DNA of 63,426 nt from Octopus bimaculoides. Its lineage: Eukaryota. This document shows, piece after piece, positions 51,252 through 61,980 of this stretch. Both the position numbers and the translations under genes were made by a program. Position 1 is the first letter of the stretch. Each line of letters begins with the position of its first letter. The notes beneath the pieces were generated by a model. The model searched no databases, was not told the origin of the DNA, and saw nothing but the letters and a program-made list of their open reading frames with translations. The stretch is from NCBI RefSeq assembly GCF_001194135.2, contig NC_068989.1, positions 37,710,025-37,773,450 on the forward strand, written 5' to 3'.

Positions 51252-52079
51252 GAGTGACACAGTGAAGATTAGTAAGACATTCCAAAGATTCTCCATCTGA
51301 GGTTCCTTAGGTAAATAGATGCACACATTTGGGTATGTGCATTGACAGCTCAACCAAATCACCAATTCAGCCACATATTTACAAACACCAGGAACCCTCT
51401 TAACTCAAAAAAATCTTGTCACTTTGTTAGTGACTGGCTTGAACTCTTTTAAAAAGAACTTGAATAATACTCAAAGAAAAACATACATAAATATGTAAAC
51501 AAATACATATATGTACATACATGCAATTGTGTATGTACATCTGTACACATATATATAATAGGCCAGGTCATATATATATCAAAATATGTGCACATCTGTG
51601 TATATATGTGTGTTTGTAACATATATATAAATGTGAATGGATATGTGTATATATATATATATGTGTATGTGTGTGTTTGTATGTATATATGTTTGGTATT
51701 CAAGTAAAAATATATTAATTTCAGACAACACTGAAATGTGTAAAAATAAAGAGTAAAATAGTATTAAAAAAACCCAAACAAAACATGTCTATAATATATG
51801 GAATTAGTTTTTAATTTTGAATTTTTGAATGAAGTTCTTCTCTTGCCATTATCTAATGTATTTCTTTTGGTGTACTTTAACAAACTGTTCTTCTTTTAAT
51901 GACAGCAAATACATTTGTACAAATTATGAAACCATTTGTAGATAGTCAAAATAGTTCTGTTGAAAGAGTTGTGGATCTAACAAACCCTAGTTCAATTTTG
52001 GGTGTCAGCATGCAAATAAGATTCTGCTTTCTTCTTGAAATTTATTATTTATCAAAATCTCTAAAGACAGTGTGTTAGT

Positions 52080-52260
52080 AGAATTGCTAGAGTGTAGGAA
52101 AAAATATTCTACAGTACTATCTCTGGTTCTTTACATCCTGAGTTCAAACCCCACTGAGGTCAACTCTTCCTTTCATTCCTAGGTGGTGGTGGTGGGGTCA
52201 ATAAAATGGAGTATCAGTCAAGTGCTGGGGTTGATGTAATCAAGAAGACTCTCCCACCAA
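52080..52260 (+). mobile_element. SINE family B, CpG-decayed
   Basis: CTGAGTTCAAACCCCACTGAGGTCAAC..GGGGTCAATAAAA..GGGGTTGATGTAATC. Similar decayed copies at about 54700-54830, 58490-58610, 58970-59060(-), 59140-59290 and 59370-59575. Confidence 0.8.
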
Positions 52261-53142
52261 GTTTAGACATTTTTCATTGTTTTAATTAACCTACTGTATC
52301 AATTCTTGATGATTTATGTGTGTGGATATGAATTTGACAAGGACAGGATTTCAGTTCAGAACATGGAGAGGTGAAGTGTGTGGTGTGATGCTCTTCCATA
52401 CATCATTTTGTCCCTGAAAAATTCCTATGACAATGTTCGACTGATTTTATTTATTTATTTTTTTGGGTGTGTGATAAAAATTTGCATTTTGAGAAAAAAT
52501 ATAACCAAATCTATTCTTCATCATATTTTTTCTCTTTCAATCTATAATTAAAAAACTTATTTTTTACTTCATGCAATTTTCCTGTTCAGCAAATCTCTTG
52601 GAAAATAGAAAATATATGTAAAATACCCTTCTAGGCACAGAGCTATGCCTACTATTTGTCTTTATAAAAGAAATGCATTTCTATATATTTTTTTAATATA
52701 GAATTGTATTTCTATACGTATATATGTTTTAAATGTTAGGCATATTAGTCGATGTATCTAGTGAATGTGAGCATGTATGTGAATAATATAAGAATAAGGA
52801 TGTAAAGAATTCTTTCTGTACTACTGATGAGCAGAAAAAAATAAGAGCCCCAACTAATTTATCATTTCACAGTTTCTTCACTCCTTGTCATAGAAGACAT
52901 ACTTGGATTGCTTCTCTAAATAATAGTTTAAATTAGCTGCTTATGAAGTAGTCAAAAATTAGTCTAACACTGTAGTACACACTCTAATTTGCATATTTAT
53001 GCTTTTAATAGCTTGTATTTAATTGACCAATATTAATTTAAGCCTAAAATGGTGTAATTCAGAAGAACTGAAATAAATTTCAATATTTAACCCACAGAGA
53101 CTTTGTAATATTTAAATTTATTTCTGTTGTGCATCATAAGAT

Positions 53143-53224
<82 letters not shown>

Positions 53225-53844
53225 TGTGTGTGTATCTATCTGTTTGTTTGTCTATCTGTCTGCATAGATAGATAGATAGATAGATAAATGGCAACCTCAT
53301 TGCTTAGTCTGGAAGAAGATTGGTGCCCATGACTCTTTACAGGGCTTTCATGGATGATGTTAAACTGGGCAACGAATTAAGTGTGTGTGTGTGTTATGGC
53401 CGACCTCCAACCATAAGTAGCATGCAAGAAATGAAACATTGTAACAAGATGTTGCTCTTCAACTCCCTGAATCTTGCTAAAATCTCCTACCCATGCCGGC
53501 ATGGAGAATGAATATAAAATGACAAAAATGACGATGTGTGTGTGTGTGTATGTGTGTGTGTGCATGTGTGTTTGTGTGTGTACTGGTTTAGATAGATAAA
53601 TAGATAGCTAGACTACTAGAGATATTTCATCATATTATCTCCTTCGTATTATGGTCATTAATTCTTCCTTCAGTTCTTTTATTACTATCATCAGTTTTCT
53701 CTTAAATTTTTTTATCAATTATTTTATTTACTGTTTTGAATATGCCATTATACTGTTTGTCTAGGTTTTGTAGCATTAATTCTACTAACCTTTTTCCTAA
53801 CACTTTCCCTAAAAGCAGCCTATGGGCTTTGCTTGGATTGGAGT

Positions 53845-54590
53845 GGTTGTGTGGTAAGAAGCTTGCTTCCCGACCACATGGTTCTGGGTTTAGTCCCTCT
53901 GCATGGCACCTTGGGCAAGTGTCTTCTTGGGCTAACCAAAGCCTTGTGAGTAGATTTGGTAGATGGAAACTGAAAGAAGCTCATCATATATGTATGTATG
54001 TGTGTGTATGTATGTATGTATTTGTGTATCTGGTGGAGGCGCAATGGCCCAGTAGTTAGGGCAGCGGACTCATGGTCATAGGATCGCAGTTTCAATTCCC
54101 AGACCGGGCATTGTGAGTGTTTATTGAGTGAAAACACCTAAAGTTCCACGAGGCTCCGGCAGGGGATGGTGGCGAACCCTACTGTACTCTTTCACCACAA
54201 CTTTCTCTCACTCTTACTTCCTGTTTCTGTCGTGCCTGTAATTCAAAGGGTCAGCCTTGTCACACAGTGTCACACTGAATATCCCTGAGAACTACGTTAA
54301 GGGCACACGTGTCTGTGGAGTGCTCAGCCACTTGCACGTTAATTTCACGAGCAGGCTGTTCCATTGATTGGATCAACTGGAACCCTCGACGTCGTAAGTG
54401 ACGGAGTGCCAACAACAACAACATTTGTGTGTCTGTGTTTTTCCTCCCACCATCACTTGACAACCGATGTTGGTGTGTCTATGTTCCCGTAACTTAGTAG
54501 TTTGGTAAAGGAGTCCAATAGAATGAGTCCTGGGGTTGATTATGCTTGACTGAAAGCGGTGCTCCAGCATGGCCAACTGATAGAAATAAC
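53845..54590 (+). mobile_element. SINE family A, CpG-decayed, hosting a family C SINE
   Basis: GTGTGGTAAGAAGCTTGCTTCC..GGCACCTTGGGCAAGTGTCTT..GAAACTGAAAGAAGC; 3' half ends GGTGCTCCAGCATGGCC. Confidence 0.9.
54032..54422 (+). mobile_element. SINE family C3 (tRNA head + distinct body + tail X) nested in family A
   Basis: GGTGGAGGCGCAATGGCCCAGTAGTTAGG (A-box), GTTTCAATTCC (B-box), (AAC)n end. 12-bp TSD ATTTGTGT(A/G)TCT at 54020-54031 and 54423-54434. Confidence 0.9.
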
Positions 54591-56379
54591 TGTTGTGCTA
54601 TATTTAATCTAGCCCTCAATGATTTTAGTCTCTCCATTATTTTCTTTTGAGTATTTTGAATAGTGGAATTATTAAAGTATTGGATAAAATTTCTTACAAT
54701 ATCTAATTGCAGTTCTTAACATTGCAAGTTCAAATCATATTGAGGTCAACTTCCATCCTTCTAGGGTTGATGAATGAATTTATCTGTCAAGTACTGGGAT
54801 CAATTTAATCAACTATCTCAACTCCACAGTACAAACTCTTTGTAACTATGTGAGAAATCGATAATAACTATTCTTTATCTAGTAAAGAAAATACAAAGAC
54901 CAGTAATTATCTTTTCACTATGAACCATCCTGTCTTGCTCTGCCCTGTTTCATAGAAGCATTTAACATCCTTTTATGCATATCTTATATATTGCTGTACA
55001 GTCAGAATGATAATTATGCAGCCTCAGTAACATTTGTAACATAATGTAATCTAAGGAAACTGTTCTTGCAAAGAAACAAAATCTATTACAAAATGATATC
55101 TTATTATCACACATTACTATAGACAATGGTGGTGGCTCTGTGTGGTGTGTGGTAACTTGATCTAAATTTCCCTCACATCATTCCCTATTACCTTCAAAAA
55201 TACAAAAACAAGGAAAGGATACATTGACTAATGTAGTCCTAGATGCACAATGTCTGAAATAAAAGATACACTGGTCATAGCTAGAATCATTATAGATATA
55301 CTAAATCATGATTTATCAAGGGTTAAACAATAATAACTATTGGTGCATCATTACAACCATTGATATCGACTATGTTAAAAGTTAGTCTTAAACAGGAGGA
55401 GGAGGTATTGTGCATGGAGTTAGTCCTAGCATTCTATTAGTTCTGAGTTTATAAACTTGGAAGGCAAATGAAATCTGGTGGGATTGAACTCAAAGCAGTG
55501 TAGTAATAAACAGCCTCCAGACATACTTCTTACTGTTTGTACATACCCAAAATAAAGGAATAATAGTGAAGAATCAAAAAATCCAACTAAAACAAATGCT
55601 ATGCTGTTGAAGGACCTGTCTGTCTTTGGTTAATGAAGAAGAAGGAATGAGGTGAGTAACTAAATAGAACAAGAAAAAAAACAGCGATGCTGTCTGGTCT
55701 CTTTTCTGAAGTACTAATTACTTGATGGTGAATAAGCTTATTTGGTAAAGAAAATATAATTCAATAACCAATAATTCTCTTCTATCAACTATCCCATCTC
55801 ATTCTGCCCAGTCCCAAGGTATTTCTTATAGTCATTTGTTTGTTTGTCTTGCTAGCAGAAAAAAAGTGAAAAAGTGGTTTACTAGTAGATGCAAGGGAGA
55901 GAGTGAGGGAAAAGAGTGGGTAAGAGAGAGGAAGAGAGAGAGAGAAAGAGAGAGAATGTCTTTGGTTTGTCGATAAGATATCCGCTTCCAATCTCTAGCT
56001 CTGTTTTTCCTTAATTGAAACACTGCAGAAGCCTATGGATTTTAATATCAAGTGTGGAAGAAGAAGAAAGATAAAGGTAAAGAAAGTGGATGGGAAAGAA
56101 GAAAAAGAAGGAAAAAAGGATGGGAAGAAGAGGAAGAAATATGTTGAGAGAGTGGAGAGTTATTTGTAAAGCACACATTTCCTGCTTCATTTCGACACTG
56201 AAAATAACTTTAATAACTTGAGCCACGTCCAGCAGGGCATTTTGTAACATACACAGACAACACTGGAGGAAATTAACAAATCTGTGAGACTATGAGAATA
56301 AAAAGATAGCAAAAGAACAAAGAAACAAAAAAAAAAAATGAACCACCAACTGATTCATTTGCTAGACTAGGATTCTCAC

Positions 56380-56397
56380 CAACAAACCACTCACCAC
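56380..56397 (-). other. Candidate micro-exon (18 nt, or 3 nt via an internal donor)
   Basis: Minus strand reads TTTTCCTTTTTCTCTCTATCAG|GTG|GTGAGT GGTTTGTTG|GTGAGA: a strong acceptor followed by two consensus-like donors 3 and 18 nt downstream. Confidence 0.3.
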
Positions 56398-56487
56398 CTG
56401 ATAGAGAGAAAAAGGAAAATACTTTTACCTTTTTTTACATTATTTATTTATATATATATGCATACACATCCAGTCACATATACAATT

Positions 56488-56521
<34 letters not shown>

Positions 56522-56608
56522 TATTTGCATAGATGCATATAAATATATATATGTATGTGTATGGCTATATGTACGTTTATATTGGTATATCTTTTTGGTT
56601 CATTACCT

Positions 56609-56656
<48 letters not shown>

Positions 56657-59601
56657 AACATGCACACATGTATATTTATATGTCTATGTATGTGCTTATG
56701 CAAAGTGCTTCTGGTGATAATTTGTTGTTATCCAACTTCCTGAAATTTTCCATTTTAGTTAACCACTACAAGTTCAATATATCTATTATGTTATTGATCA
56801 CATCTTCCCTATTTAGTCCTCACTGGATTCTCTAATTTTTAACGCCACAACCTCTATTATTGATGGCTGTGGTGGTACTGTTACTGTTGAATGATTGGAA
56901 TCGCTTTACAAATTGTCAGGTTATTTTTCTTTTAACAGTTTTACTTTTGAAATTTCCATTATTGTAGCTGTTCCATTTTCTTTTTATGTGAGAGCGAGTG
57001 ATATTTTTATCATTGCATTTTGAAACACTATGCACACGTGTGCACATGCACACACACACACACACACACACATACATTCACACAAATGATGTGGTGTCTG
57101 GCAATGCTAGTGATGCAAAGTGACTGAAACCATTTGGTTTTAAAGACTAGATTCACTTCAACCTACATTGTCTACATTGTTCAAATGTTTCCTGAACTTA
57201 TTTTCTGGGATTGTCTCCCTTTATATGATGCTTTTTTTTTTTTAAGATTCAAAATACTTCTTGGAGTTTTATTGTCTAATTCCTTGGATAAACTTGACAG
57301 TATTTATATGTAGTTGAAGAACACTTCCCAGAGGTATTTTCCTCAGTTATGTTGTTGGAACTCATAGTTAGTATCACTACCCTCTCACTCTATATATATT
57401 CGCTGTTCGGTTTTAGCCTAACCAACTGAGTAGAATATACATTTTGAAGGATATCTAATAACACTGGAACATGTTTGTTGCTTTTCATCAGTTGGCTGGC
57501 TATAACAACAAAATCCTTTCTAATTTGCATTGTGTATATTATCTAAAACACAACCTGAACTCCAGACTACTAAGAAACAACATTGTCATGACACAGACAA
57601 TACTTGTAACCAGTTTGTTGTTTATGTCATTGCAGAAATGTTTCTTATTTCTCAGGTTTTATGATGAATTCCATGGAAATGCTAAACTGAGATGTATATG
57701 TCACTCCGTGTGTAAATGTTATTATTTATTATCTCCAGCAACATATGATAATAAGGAGATTTTTTTCTTTTTTTATACTTATTCATTATTTTTAATAAAG
57801 CTATATTCTCTAGACACATCATCAACAATGTTATCAATCATAACAACAGTAAGGAAACAATAGAAATTCTTTTGTCAAAATTTAAAACAAAATTGCTTGT
57901 GGGGAAAATTTTATTAAAAATTTTTTATCTTGCATCTCTTCTCAAATCCATTTAATTATCTTCTAACCAATACCTACACACGTTCTTTTCCAATTTTTTC
58001 TTATGAAACTATTTTAGTAGTTATTAATAGTATTGTCAGTAGTTAAAAATGTTTTGTTGTTATCGTTTTTTACAAAGTTGCGACTGTGTAATTTTCTCTA
58101 TATAACAAACTGTGTTACAAACTTTGCATGCTTCAATTTCAATCCTGGGTTGAAATTGTTACATATAGAACACTATAAATGACTGGCACAAGGGTAACTT
58201 GTTCCATTCCTTGAATATGTGGGGCTTCATGCTTATATTAAAATCATTCACATGCTGGATGCTTACGTTTTAAGCTATGCAAAACTTGCTGAAACTAAGA
58301 GTATATACAAGGGAAAATTCTCATATGTACTCATATCTGCAAATTTGGCTTTGTATTTGTTCTTCAATTATAAGTTAACCATATTTAATTTAAGCTCATT
58401 TTAATGTTGTAATATAATGATTATGAATTACCATTAAGTTATCCTATTCAATGATTTCTTCTTTTATCCTATGAAAACTTTTTAACAATTAATACTTTGC
58501 CTTTCATCCTTTTGGTATCAATAAAACAAGTACCAGCTGAATATTGGGTTCGATGTAATAAATTTATACCCTTCCCTGAACTTGCTGATCTTGTGCCAAA
58601 ATTTGAAACCAAATGAAAACATGAGTAAAAAGTATTTTAATTTTATTTATTTTACATCACAATTTGCAAACAATAGAGTGACTGGTTGCAGTTTTCTGAT
58701 GGGCAATCTCGTTCAATACATCTATGATGCTAAAAGTAGTAAAGGATTACCTACATAACCTAAGTGGAACAATTACTGTAGGGTACTTCTGTCTTGAGTA
58801 ATGTTTCATCTGTTTTCTTACAAATGTTCTTTACATCTTTTATTGATAGACATCAATGAAAGATAAACACACACATGCATATATTATATATCAGCAGGCT
58901 TCCACACAGTCTTTGTCCACCAAATTCCATATTTCTAAACGTGATATCATAAATCTGCACAGAACTACAAATTATCATTGGAGGCATGGAAAAAAAAAAT
59001 CAAGTAAAATTACTTCAGTACCTCACTGGTACTTTATTTCATTGACATCAATTTTATGACTCATTTAGATAAAAGTACCAGTAATATAATGAGAGTCACA
59101 TCAATCATCGATATTTCTCTACTATATATTAGAATGATTATGCATGTCAGAGTCAGTGGAACCTTGGACTAAATGCTTTGTTGTACCTCATGTTTTGAGT
59201 TCAAATCTTACTAGTGTCAATTTAATCTCTTCATCCTTCTCTAATCAATTAAATAACTATAAACCAATTGTGCTCCTTTACCAAAAAGGCTAGAAATCAT
59301 CATTATCATTATCACCACTATTATCTTCCTCATCATTGTCATCATCATGATCGTTATTGGAAGAGCAGGACAGTGGCAAAAGTTGCTAAAGCATCTGACA
59401 AGATGCATTGCAGTCTTTAGTTACATCTCTTTAGGTTCTTATTTCAAATCCTACTAAACTCAGCTTTACTTTTGCATCCTTAGAGGGTTGAGGAAATAAG
59501 CACCAGTCAAATAATGAGGCTGATGTAATTAACTGGAAACTTCCTCCACAAAGGTCAGGTTTTGTAAGGTTATTGAGGGACATTCGCTGCTGTTAAAAAA
59601 A

Positions 59602-59646
<45 letters not shown>

Positions 59647-60169
59647 TATCACTGTCATCATCATTGTCATGGTTGCCATTGTTGTTCTCATCATTGTTAT
59701 TGTTGTTACTGTTGTTGCTTGTCTTGACAAAATATACACATTACCCCATACTTGGATTACATTTTATTGATTTTTCTTAAAAAAAATTGGATGTCTTTTT
59801 TTGTTTTATTATGCAGTGCCATTTCAAAGAAAGGTGAGAAATTTATTTAAATTTTTTTTTGGACCAGTTTGGAGGAAAAGTAAAACAAGATAGTTTTGAA
59901 CATGTTTTTGGTTTAATTTGTTTACAGTCAACACAAAATGTCAATAAGAGATATAGACAATGCAACCTCAAAGAAAAACATTGATAACTACACAGAAAAC
60001 AAATAGAAACAAAATATACAAAAGAATACTTTGCAGCAAGATAAATGCAATTTGAATAGCCAAAAAAAAAAAAAAGAAGAAGAAAAAACGATTGTTCTGT
60101 TGATAATTATAGCACTAACAGTTGTTTTGATGACTTACGTAGCAATAACAACAATAACACACTGCTCTA

Positions 60170-60620
60170 TGGATATTTCTAATAAAGAAATTCTAGAAAT
60201 GAACATGGTCCAGTCAAAGAACAAAATTATGAGAGCAGTGTGTCCCAAAGGACTGTTACCTTGCCTGAGGAACTTGTCCTAAATTAAGCAATGAGTATGG
60301 TGGATTATTTATGCCTCACAAAATGAGAGCTGGGGTGTTTTCTGTACACTCTCAAAAGGTAATTTTAAAGAAGTCTTGGTGTATGTGTTGAAGGATGTAG
60401 TTTCTTTCAGCTAAGGTCCTCACACAAAAGTGTTTGTAAGCCTTTCAAGACTGAGGTAAGACATCAGCATAGATAATGTGTATACAATCTGCATATAGAC
60501 AAGTGTGTATTGCACTAAATTTATTATATAAGCACAACAGTCAAGAATATTGGTAGCGATGTTTATTCCTGGTGTTGTTACATTTATAGTGCCATATGGG
60601 TTAGTGGTAACTGCAGGGGT
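60170..60620 (-). pseudogene. Probable decayed RTE-type reverse transcriptase fragment
   Basis: Minus frames read HIIYADVLPQS*KAY and LRQGNSPLGHTALIILFFDWTM, resembling the RT domain 3 and QG motifs. Confidence 0.4.
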
Positions 60621-60685
60621 AACGAGAAATGATATAATGAGGGAACAGCATGGTTTTATAAATCTTTATGAGCTCTCAAGACCAC

Positions 60686-60734
<49 letters not shown>

Positions 60735-60739
<5 letters not shown>

Positions 60740-61345
60740 CACCACCATTTGCACATGTTAGTTCTAATTCCCACGCTGCCATTCTTTTTTCCAACAAACT
60801 GTTTATCTTCCCATTGACTCTAACCATCTTCATAAACTCCATGAGCCAGCAGTATGGAATATTGTCAGAAAGCTTCCTGTAGTCTATCCAACCAACAACC
60901 ACGTTGTTTCTGATTCATATTTCACTTAATATCATGTTGTTGATAGACAACAAATCAATTTTCCTTGACTTCTTTCTGCATCACTTTGCATTTCTTTTAA
61001 TAGATTCTCCTTCTGCAGAAAGCTATACACTTCATCTACTATGAAGCCAACTTATAATTATCTGAGTAATAGCGAGTATGTAATAGGTCTCTAATTACTG
61101 TCTTACCCTTTCTTTTCTTTGTCCTTGTATTTTAGCATTGTCTTTCCTGTTTGTCATCCATGCTGGTGTTCCATTTTCTATGCAGTCAGTAAAAGATGGT
61201 TGTATATAACTGTATAAATGAGAGAGTTTTTTTCCGTTGAACCAAAATCCCTAAGCACCATATGGTACATAGATTTACCAATTTGGTAATTTCTTAAGCA
61301 TCCATTTCACTCTATTGACTACAACCTTCATCCTAAACCCAAAAT
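60735..61345 (-). pseudogene. Decayed R4/Dong-like LINE reverse transcriptase
   Basis: MLKKLPNW..GFWF, CIENGTPAWMT, an RPIT-like block, DLLSINNMIL and VGWIDYRKLSDNIPYCWLMEFMKM, compared with the R4-type WIDYKKAYDSVPHSW. Confidence 0.8.
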
Positions 61346-61394
61346 TACTGGCTTTGTTTCCAAATTATAAATAATCACTATTTAAAAAGCAATT

Positions 61395-61656
61395 CATCAT
61401 CATCATCATCATCGTCGTTTAACGTCCAATTTCCATGCTAGCATGGGTTGGACGATTTGACTGAGGACTGGTGAAACACCAGGCTCCAATCTGATTTGGC
61501 AGAATTTCTACAGCTGGATGCCCTTCCTAACGCCAACCACTCCGAGAGTGTAGTGGGTGCTTTTACGTGCCACCGGCACGAAGGCCAGTCAGGCGGTACT
61601 GGCAACGGCCATGCTCAAAATGGTGTATTTTACGTGCCACCTGCACAGGAGCCAGT
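61395..61656 (-). mobile_element. RTE-related non-autonomous retroposon (SINE-like) with (ATG)n tail
   Basis: Reverse complement contains GGTTGGCGTTAGGAAGGGCATCCAGC and ends CCAACCCATGCTAGCATGGAA..GATGATGATG. Confidence 0.75.
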
Positions 61657-61730
61657 TATATATATGCTTATATATATATATATATGTATATATGTTTATA
61701 TATATATGTGTGTATATGTANNNNNNNNNN

Positions 61731-61960
61731 GATTTGACTGAGGACTGGTGAAACACCAGGCTCCAATCTGATTTGGCAGAATTTCTACAGCTGGATGCCC
61801 TTCCTAACGCCAACCACTCCGAGAGTGTAGTGGGTGCTTTTACGTGCCACCGGCACGAAGGCCAGTCAGGCGGTACTGGCAACGGCCATGCTCAAAATGG
61901 TGTATTTTACGTGCCACCTGCACAGGAGCCAGTTATATATATGCTTATATATATATATAC
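61731..61960 (-). repeat. Exact copy of 61454 onward, offset 277 bp, immediately after a 10-N gap
   Basis: No differences seen between the copies through the element body. Probably an assembly overlap. Confidence 0.8.
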
Positions 61961-61980
61961 ATGTATTTATATATATAATT

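Noticed and set aside
55547-55659. Minus-strand segment with a strong acceptor and a GTATGT donor
   Set aside because: All three frames contain stops; the shorter version needs a weak GTCCTT donor.
57471-57863. 130-aa ORF including FYDEFHGNAKLR after an acceptor
   Set aside because: AT-rich low-information translation, no clear donor and no homology recognised.
60411-60455. 45-nt plus-strand exon-like segment (TTTCAG|..GAG|GTAAGA; LRSSHKSVCKPFKTE)
   Set aside because: It lies antisense within the decayed RTE-like RT, so the splice-like signals are probably coincidental; not excluded without RNA data.
60423-60665. Minus frame ending LMSYLSLERL, GPCR TM3-like
   Set aside because: Better explained as part of the RT relic; no other GPCR motifs.
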